A DNA stretch of 64,000 nt from Gemmatimonadales bacterium (GTDB taxonomy: Bacteria; Krumholzibacteriota; Krumholzibacteriia; LZORAL124-64-63): the NCBI GenBank assembly GCA_019038745.1, contig JAHOYV010000046.1:32431-96430 (forward strand), in the 5' to 3' direction. Position 1 is the first letter of the stretch. Each line of letters begins with the position of its first letter. Below, piece after piece: positions 59,267 through 64,000 of this stretch. A model generated the notes under the pieces. It was not told where the DNA came from, made no database searches, and was given only the letters and a program-made list of their open reading frames with translations. Position numbers and translations under genes: made by a program.

Positions 59267-59785
59267 ATGCCCCGCAACGTTGAAATCAAAGCCCGCCTCG
59301 TTGATCCTGACCGGACCTTGAAACTGGCACAAATGTTGGCCAACACACCGCCTGAACTTATCCTGCAGACGGACATTTTTTTTACCTGTCCTGAAGGCCG
59401 CCTTAAGCTCAGGGATTTCCAGAACGGCTCCGGTGAACTGATCGCCTACTCCCGGCCCAACGCGGCGGGCCCAAAGATCTCCAGTTACAATATCTCTCCC
59501 ACCGCCGACCCAGCGGGCCTGCTGACTCTGCTGACCGCCGCCCTGGGCAAGGCTGGCACTGTTCGTAAAACCCGAAAGTTGCTCCTGGCCGGTCGCACTC
59601 GAATTCACCTGGACGAGGTTGAGGACCTGGGGCACTTCCTTGAATTGGAAGTCGTCCTGGCTGAAGGGGAAAGTGTTGCCGACGGTGAGGCAGAGGCCCG
59701 CCGCCTGATGGCCGAACTTGAAATCGACAAGGCCGACCTGATCGAGAAAGCCTACATCGACCTTTTGAGTGAATCTACCCCATGA
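59267..59785 (+). CDS. CYTH / class IV adenylate cyclase family protein
   Basis: NVEIKAR, GRLKLR, RIHLDEVEDLGHFLELEV, AYIDLL. Confidence 0.9.
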   Translation: MPRNVEIKARLVDPDRTLKLAQMLANTPPELILQTDIFFTCPEGRLKLRDFQNGSGELIAYSRPNAAGPKISSYNISPTADPAGLLTLLTAALGKAGTVRKTRKLLLAGRTRIHLDEVEDLGHFLELEVVLAEGESVADGEAEARRLMAELEIDKADLIEKAYIDLLSESTP

Positions 59786-59848
59786 TCGGCTGGTCAGGGA
59801 AAAACAACTGGAAAGCTCCGACAGCACGGCAAGCGGAACAAGGCTGGG

Positions 59849-61135
59849 TTACATGTATCGCCGCAACACCTTCTTGATTGTCAGGCCCTGCACCACGATG
59901 GAAAACAGGACCACGAGGTAGGTGCAGGTCAGGATCAGATTCTTCTCGGGGATGGGCGGCATGGACAGTGCCAGTGCCACCGAGATTCCGCCGCGTAGAC
60001 CCGCCCAGGTCAGTATGCGTACCACGCCCCGGGGAAACTGCGTCCGCAGCCCGATCACCGAAATCGGCAACCAAACACTGATGAAACGGGACAGCAACAC
60101 GATTACGATTACGATTAGCCCCGCCAGCAGACCCTTGCCGCTGAAAGCCACCATCAATACTTCTACCCCGATCAGCATGAAGAGCATTGCGTTCAGAATC
60201 TCGTCGATCAACTCCCAGAATTTTTCCAGGTAGTCGACCACCTCCGCGCTCATGGCGAAGGCGCGTCCGCGGTTGCCGATCAGCAGGCCGGCCACCACAA
60301 CAGCGATGGGGCCTGAAACGTGAATAGCCCAGGCCAGGCTGTAGCTGCCCATGACCAGGGCCAGAGTGAGCATGACCTCGACCTTGTAGTCGTCGATGCT
60401 GAGCATCAGACGATAGGCAGCGTAACCAAAAACCAAACCCAGCGCTCCCCCGCCGCCTGCTTCGCGCACAAAGAGCACAGCAAGATCCCAGGCTCCGATT
60501 TCACCTCCGTGGCCACCGGCCACTGCGACCTCGTGCCCTCCTGCTCCCACACCCGTCTTGGCGACCAACATGGCCACCAGACCAGTGAAGACCACTACCG
60601 CCACTCCGTCGTTGAAGAGTGATTCTCCGGCGATGTTCGCCTCCAATTCCTTGGGAGCGTTCAAGGTTTTCAACGTACCCATCACGGCGATGGGGTCAGT
60701 CGGCGATATCAGGGATCCGAAGACAAGGCACACCAAAAATGAAACATCCAAACCCAGCAATCCGAAGACAAGCCAGCTCAGATAGGCGACCAGAAAAGTG
60801 GAAATGAGCAGTCCGATGGTGGCCAGCGAAGCGATCGTACCCTTGCGCTTGATAAAGTATTCCAGATCCACATGCAGGGCCCCGGCGAAAAGCAGGAAAC
60901 CCAACATGCCGTGCATCAGGGCCTCGTTGAAGTCGATCTCCGCCACCCAGGCTTGCAGAGAATTCACGATTTCAAGACCGGGGAAAAGCCAGTGCAACCC
61001 CATTATACCGAGGGAACTGACCAGGCTGATCATCAATAACCCAACCGATGGCTCCAACTTCAACCAACGGTGGTTGAGATACCCGAGCACTGCAGCAAGA
61101 GTCATCAGAACTGCAATAATATCGAAAAGAGTCAC
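59849..61135 (-). CDS. nhaP: CPA1 Na+/H+ antiporter (NhaP-like)
   Basis: FLLFAGAL, ISPTDPIAV, GESLFNDG, GLRGGISVALAL. Confidence 0.9.
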   Translation of the reverse strand: MTLFDIIAVLMTLAAVLGYLNHRWLKLEPSVGLLMISLVSSLGIMGLHWLFPGLEIVNSLQAWVAEIDFNEALMHGMLGFLLFAGALHVDLEYFIKRKGTIASLATIGLLISTFLVAYLSWLVFGLLGLDVSFLVCLVFGSLISPTDPIAVMGTLKTLNAPKELEANIAGESLFNDGVAVVVFTGLVAMLVAKTGVGAGGHEVAVAGGHGGEIGAWDLAVLFVREAGGGGALGLVFGYAAYRLMLSIDDYKVEVMLTLALVMGSYSLAWAIHVSGPIAVVVAGLLIGNRGRAFAMSAEVVDYLEKFWELIDEILNAMLFMLIGVEVLMVAFSGKGLLAGLIVIVIVLLSRFISVWLPISVIGLRTQFPRGVVRILTWAGLRGGISVALALSMPPIPEKNLILTCTYLVVLFSIVVQGLTIKKVLRRYM

Positions 61136-61195
61136 TGGGGATCTCCTGATCCCCGATCGGCTAGAGCCAACCGGGGATCCGGCAGCGGAATAGTT

Positions 61196-61849
61196 TTAGA
61201 AAGAAAACAGGTCGTAGCCGACCATGAACGAAACCGTCCGGTTTTTCGAATCACCCAGGACACTTGTCCCTGTGTTCTCTTTGTTCAGCTCGGTCAAGCC
61301 CATTAGGTACCGCACATCAATATGAAACTTCAGGATGTTCACCCCGCCACCGATGGCCAGGCTCCATTCAGTGGACGCCATGTCGTCCTTGGTATCCACC
61401 CATTCCATGCTTGTTGATTCGTCAAGCTCCTCCGACTTGAGCAGGATGGCCATTGATGGCCCAGCATAGAGATAAGGGGACAAAGCCGGCAGGGGCAGCT
61501 CGAGCTTCAGCAAAAAGGGAATTTCGAAATAGGTGAGCTTGCTCTCCCAATTCTCCGTCCCGCCCAGGACCGTACCTTGGTTGCCCTTGACGGAATAGAG
61601 TCCCTCGATCTGCGCGTTCAAAGGACCCAGGGAGGCCTTGAAGAAAGCCCCGCCGATTAAGCCCATCTTGACGTCATTGGATAATTCATCACCGGAAGCG
61701 AGGGCCTCCAACTCGGACATCTTGGCGAGGTTCACCCCGGCCTTGAGACCGAATCCAGCCGAGGGACCGATCGGCAGGGCCGCAGCCTGGCCAACCAAAC
61801 CGACTGCCATCATCAGGGTCATAACAATCAGAATTGTACTCTTTCGCAT
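61196..61849 (-). CDS. Outer-membrane beta-barrel (PorT/OMP_b-brl_2-like)
   Basis: Signal peptide, FGLKAGVN, YFEIPFLLK, YAGPS, DVRY, terminal F. Confidence 0.8.
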   Translation of the reverse strand: MRKSTILIVMTLMMAVGLVGQAAALPIGPSAGFGLKAGVNLAKMSELEALASGDELSNDVKMGLIGGAFFKASLGPLNAQIEGLYSVKGNQGTVLGGTENWESKLTYFEIPFLLKLELPLPALSPYLYAGPSMAILLKSEELDESTSMEWVDTKDDMASTEWSLAIGGGVNILKFHIDVRYLMGLTELNKENTGTSVLGDSKNRTVSFMVGYDLFSF

Positions 61850-61993
61850 GAAACATAACCTCCGTGCTACTAACCCGCATTGCCATGCCCGTAATGGGAT
61901 GACAGGGACAATCCGAGTTATTATTGTTCCATTCAGGGTCCAAATCAGGGCCCAATAAGGGTCAAATCAACGCGTTTCAGAACGATTTTCGGT

Positions 61994-63559
61994 CTACTGT
62001 TTGATCCCCTTCCTTTGTAGAGTGTGCGCCCTTTGCAGCAATTTCATAACTTCCTGATTGCCTGGAGCCAGGCGTATTGCCTCGGCCAAATCTGTCTCCG
62101 CCTTGGCAAACTCCCCGGCCCGCAGATACAGCAGGCCCCGGTTGTACCAAGCGGTGGCGGAAGTCTGATCCAACTGGATGGATCTGTCCAACGCATTTTT
62201 AGCCCCTTCCTGGTCCTCACTCAGAACCAGGGACAGACCCAGATCAGCCCAGGCTTGCGCATTCCCCGGGTCCAAGGCCACCGCCCTGCGCAGATATGGT
62301 CTGGCTGCGTGATAGCGCTCCTTATGCAATAGGATTCTTCCCAGGCCAGCTTCCACCAGTGGATCCTCCAACCCTTTTTCCTTTAATTGGCTAGAGCATT
62401 TTCTGAGGTCCTCCAGGCTCTGTTCGAACTGACCCGTCTCCAGGAATACCAGCCCTCGAATCCGCAGGGACCAAGCCTGATCCATTCCCTTGCGTAATAG
62501 GATTCCAGCCCCGTTGACAGCCTGGCCGGCCCAGAATTCCCGCTCCGACTTACCCTCACCGACCAGGAACCGAGCCCAGGCGTAACCCGTGTAGGCAGAT
62601 AGGGAACCCGTCACGTAGTAGCGATCGAAGGCCAGCCAGAATTCGATTTCCCGGCGGTGTGGATCGCGACCCAACCGGGGAAATAATATCCTTTCAATGG
62701 GAGCAGTATCCGGGAAAGGCAGAGAGTGAAAGGACTCTCGATAATATTGCCGGGCGTTGGAAAACTTCTCTTCCTGTTCCGCTACCTCCCCCATTTCCCG
62801 CCAACATTCGGCGGCACGATCACCGTCCGGGCGCAGCCCTATCAGATGATTCAGGGATTCACGGTGAAATCCCCTGGCTCGATCCAGGGTGGCCTTGATC
62901 CAGGGAGCATCCGAGTCGAATACATCGTTTCTCTCGATGTCCTCGGCCATCTTCATGGCTAGTGAATGATTGGCCGCGCCCCCGGCAAGCAAACCGCGTA
63001 ATAACATGACCTGAGCATCTCCCGAACCACGCCGAGCCAGGGGATTGACCCAGGAAAGTCCTTCATGCCACTCGGCGCGGTCGTAATGCAGCCAGCCCCG
63101 CAACAGGGCAGTTTCCCGGGCCAGTGCCCAATGAGGCGATTCCCGATTCTCCGGCAATGTTTCCAATCCCTCGCCCAGATATCTCACGGCGGCAGCCGCG
63201 TTGTCCAACCAAGCCACAGTATGAACGTAACCGCCCACCCATCGTCCGAGCCTGGCCTGGGCCAGCCAGGTTTCCGGATCGTCCGGGGCCAAGCCCCCCG
63301 CATTGTTCAAAGCGTGGATTATTATGTCAAGATGACGGGACTTCCGGGCACGCAACCGCCAGGCTGTAGCCAATTCACGGCGCCGAGCCTGTTCGGTGTC
63401 TGGAAGATCCAGGAAAGCCTCCAAACCCAGGGAATCACCGGCGGCGTTGTAGCTCCAACTACTCGGTCCCTTGAAAACAGATCTGCCGCTGGATCCACAC
63501 CCCCCCAGAAAAACCAGAATCACCAGCATTAGAAAAAGAAGAATCGCTCCCGGTTTCAT
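61994..63559 (-). CDS. TPR-repeat lipoprotein
   Basis: Lipobox LGGC; C-terminal TPRs (LDPGNAQAWADLG, AWYNRGLLY). Confidence 0.8.
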   Translation of the reverse strand: MKPGAILLFLMLVILVFLGGCGSSGRSVFKGPSSWSYNAAGDSLGLEAFLDLPDTEQARRRELATAWRLRARKSRHLDIIIHALNNAGGLAPDDPETWLAQARLGRWVGGYVHTVAWLDNAAAAVRYLGEGLETLPENRESPHWALARETALLRGWLHYDRAEWHEGLSWVNPLARRGSGDAQVMLLRGLLAGGAANHSLAMKMAEDIERNDVFDSDAPWIKATLDRARGFHRESLNHLIGLRPDGDRAAECWREMGEVAEQEEKFSNARQYYRESFHSLPFPDTAPIERILFPRLGRDPHRREIEFWLAFDRYYVTGSLSAYTGYAWARFLVGEGKSEREFWAGQAVNGAGILLRKGMDQAWSLRIRGLVFLETGQFEQSLEDLRKCSSQLKEKGLEDPLVEAGLGRILLHKERYHAARPYLRRAVALDPGNAQAWADLGLSLVLSEDQEGAKNALDRSIQLDQTSATAWYNRGLLYLRAGEFAKAETDLAEAIRLAPGNQEVMKLLQRAHTLQRKGIKQ

Positions 63560-63590
63560 CCAGCTCACCCCTTCCACGACTGGATCCTGC

Positions 63591-64000
63591 TCAATTCATG
63601 AGACGGTCAAACCAGTTGCCTTTGGGATAATCCTCCAAAACGACGAGAGGAACACTTCCCAGTTCCAGTCCATCCAGGATAACGACCGCCCGTCCAACCT
63701 CCTGGTGTGCAACCAAGGGAGCCTGGATACTATCCGGCAAACGGTTATGTACGACCAGATCGCCCTCCCGGTTGCGGGGAACGCTGACGGTCAGGGATTC
63801 GCCGAATCCCACTATAGCCTGCTTTTTCTTGCCACCCTTCAGTAGCACCGGATCAGGCAGAGCGACTCCCGCCTCCGGAATGATCGCCACCTGCCGGTAC
63901 GCGTTGAAACCGTAGGTCAGCAGGCGGGTAGTCTCGGTGGCGCGGGATCGGTCGCTGGGACAGCCCATTACCACCGAGATCAGGCGCTTTCCCTTCTGCA
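63591..64000 (-). CDS. D-alanyl-D-alanine carboxypeptidase (S11/PBP5), C-terminal part, truncated by window edge
   Basis: RLISVVMG..R..ETTRLLTYGF followed by PBP5_C-like LKGGKK..APLVAHQEVG and amphipathic tail GNWFDRL. Confidence 0.8.
   Translation of the reverse strand, partial: QKGKRLISVVMGCPSDRSRATETTRLLTYGFNAYRQVAIIPEAGVALPDPVLLKGGKKKQAIVGFGESLTVSVPRNREGDLVVHNRLPDSIQAPLVAHQEVGRAVVILDGLELGSVPLVVLEDYPKGNWFDRLMN

Noticed and set aside
1-64000. CRISPR arrays, tRNA/rRNA genes, IS elements, prophage, selenocysteine read-through
   Set aside because: No regularly spaced repeats, tRNA arms, transposase/integrase ORFs or interrupted redox genes were seen.

Overview
GC-rich bacterial chromosomal window with no rRNA, tRNA, CRISPR or mobile element seen. 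The host is probably an FCB-group candidate phylum such as Krumholzibacteriota or Latescibacterota, inferred only from a FlgD-Ig/T9SS-like C-terminal domain and general gene content. The main feature is a ~20 kb redox island (2.7-23 kb) encoding six multiheme c-type cytochromes with 55 CXXCH plus 2 CX3CH motifs. Its first part is an 8-gene operon (2763-11897) behind a near-consensus sigma70 promoter overlapped by a Rex-like box. This operon encodes a tetraheme cytochrome with the motif layout of the Geobacter OmcE nanowire subunit, a 12-heme protein with an OmcE-like N-terminal domain, a 10-heme and a lipoprotein 5-heme cytochrome, two NHL beta-propellers, a large outer-membrane beta-barrel and a redoxin/TPR protein. 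Its second part is two convergent paralogous HybA/HmcB-NrfD-13-heme operons, one led by a Cys-tailed MarR and one by a leaderless ArsR, flanking a porin. The ArsR operon includes a 48-aa HmcD-like gene missing from the ORF track. Together these suggest a quinol-to-cell-exterior electron transfer system, possibly a cytochrome nanowire, outside Geobacter. The rest is mostly housekeeping: spoVR/prkA, galE, M16 peptidase, ogt, SSS transporter, hybrid kinase, msrA, pcm, guaA, HAL2-like nucleotidase, PAP2 x2, HI0933 x2, nitrilase, a secreted repeat protein, RRM, uup, TonB receptor, rocD, ygiQ, M28 and tricorn proteases, CYTH, nhaP, OMP, TPR and a partial DD-carboxypeptidase.
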